From an uncultured Chloroflexia bacterium (GTDB lineage Bacteria; Chloroflexota; Chloroflexia; QHBQ01; JADMIH01): a DNA stretch of 64,000 nucleotides. Positions 63,392 to 64,000 of this stretch are shown here, in pieces. The stretch lies in NCBI GenBank assembly GCA_963797095.1, contig CAWCNY010000003.1:32001-96000 (forward strand), read 5' to 3'. Both the position numbers and the translations under genes were made by a program. The notes under the pieces were generated by a model, which was not told the DNA's origin, searched no databases, and saw only the letters and a program-made list of their open reading frames with translations. Position 1 is the stretch's first letter. Each line of letters opens with the position of its first letter.

Positions 63392-64000
63392 TCATTCACC
63401 CAACCGAGGGTAGGGGAACCAGTATGAGCGGCATGTGCCGTCCTCGTGGCGTAATTCCTCGGCAACCGCATAACACAGGATCAATCCTCGCCAGTAGACC
63501 ACAATAACAGCCTCATTTAGCGGGGAGCATCTGACCCTGACGTGGGCGTGCTGGAAATAGCGCAACACGTCCGCCTGGTAGTCTCGATAGTGCCAACCAT
63601 GCCCGCCACGCGGCCATTCAATGCTTCCATCATCGCCCACCTCTGCGGGATAAGACGGGAGCAGTTCTTGGAGGCCTATGTAGTTCAGCAGCGGGTCATG
63701 GTCGGGGTGCATGCTCCAAAGCCAACCCTGACGGTGTATGACCCGCTGTTTGGCGAGGAAGGGTGCATAGCCATAGGTCCTCTCCAGTGCGCGGTCCAAA
63801 ATACGCATGTAGTGGAGAGGATCGAGCACTCGGCCGACTAACTCCTTCTCCCACTTCTCCCATTCTTCTTCTCGTTCGCCGACCCAGTCTGTTGCCTCTC
63901 TTTCCGGTGGGCTACCAACTTCTTCAATCTGTTCTACCTGCTCTACCTGCTCTACCTGCATACCCCACACACTGGCTGCCTCCCTGATCGCTCCGGGTAC
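63392..64000 (-). CDS. Second degenerate-TnsB paralog (3' part; open at the window edge)
   Basis: AIREAASVW, GRVLDPL.Y.RILDR, APFLAKQ, YAVAEELRHEDG and the identical terminus YWFPYPRLGE. Confidence 0.85.
   Translation of the reverse strand, partial: VPGAIREAASVWGMQVEQVEQVEQIEEVGSPPEREATDWVGEREEEWEKWEKELVGRVLDPLHYMRILDRALERTYGYAPFLAKQRVIHRQGWLWSMHPDHDPLLNYIGLQELLPSYPAEVGDDGSIEWPRGGHGWHYRDYQADVLRYFQHAHVRVRCSPLNEAVIVVYWRGLILCYAVAEELRHEDGTCRSYWFPYPRLGE

Noticed and set aside
140-63987. Numerous short antisense and overlapping ORFs in the six-frame track
   Set aside because: They are shadows of well-supported genes, with no motifs or RBS.

Overview
Bacterial window, probably Chloroflexota (inferred from gene content). 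Bases 1-11.1 kb hold a minus-strand catabolic operon under a GntR/FadR regulator: LeuC/LeuD-like hydro-lyase, HpcH aldolase, two MmgE/PrpD proteins, an M24 peptidase, a family-5 SBP and a ureidoglycolate lyase-like protein. The rest is a mobile and defence mosaic. It contains an IS21 with passenger genes (11185-15256), then a defence island: a Cap4-like nuclease-STAND ATPase plus a separate HEAT-repeat gene, and a DISARM-related trio of DUF1998 helicase, SNF2 helicase and N6-MTase with an inserted hypoxanthine glycosylase. The MTase is split by an ISKra4-family IS with a 9-bp TSD and ends in a PcrA/UvrD-type Tudor domain. Next comes a replication and mobilisation module: a tandem-wHTH Rep with internal iteron-like repeats and an apparent antisense RNA, two Replic_Relax proteins and a VirD4/TraD coupling protein. 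A Tn3 with a tyrosine-recombinase resolvase and secreted cargo follows (45361-54121). At the right end is an unusual Mu/Tn7-like operon: TnsB, TnsC and a catalytically dead TnsB paralog where TniQ would normally sit, with a divergent tyrosine recombinase and a second copy of the dead paralog facing it. No rRNA, tRNA or CRISPR array was seen. All family calls come from reading motifs by eye.
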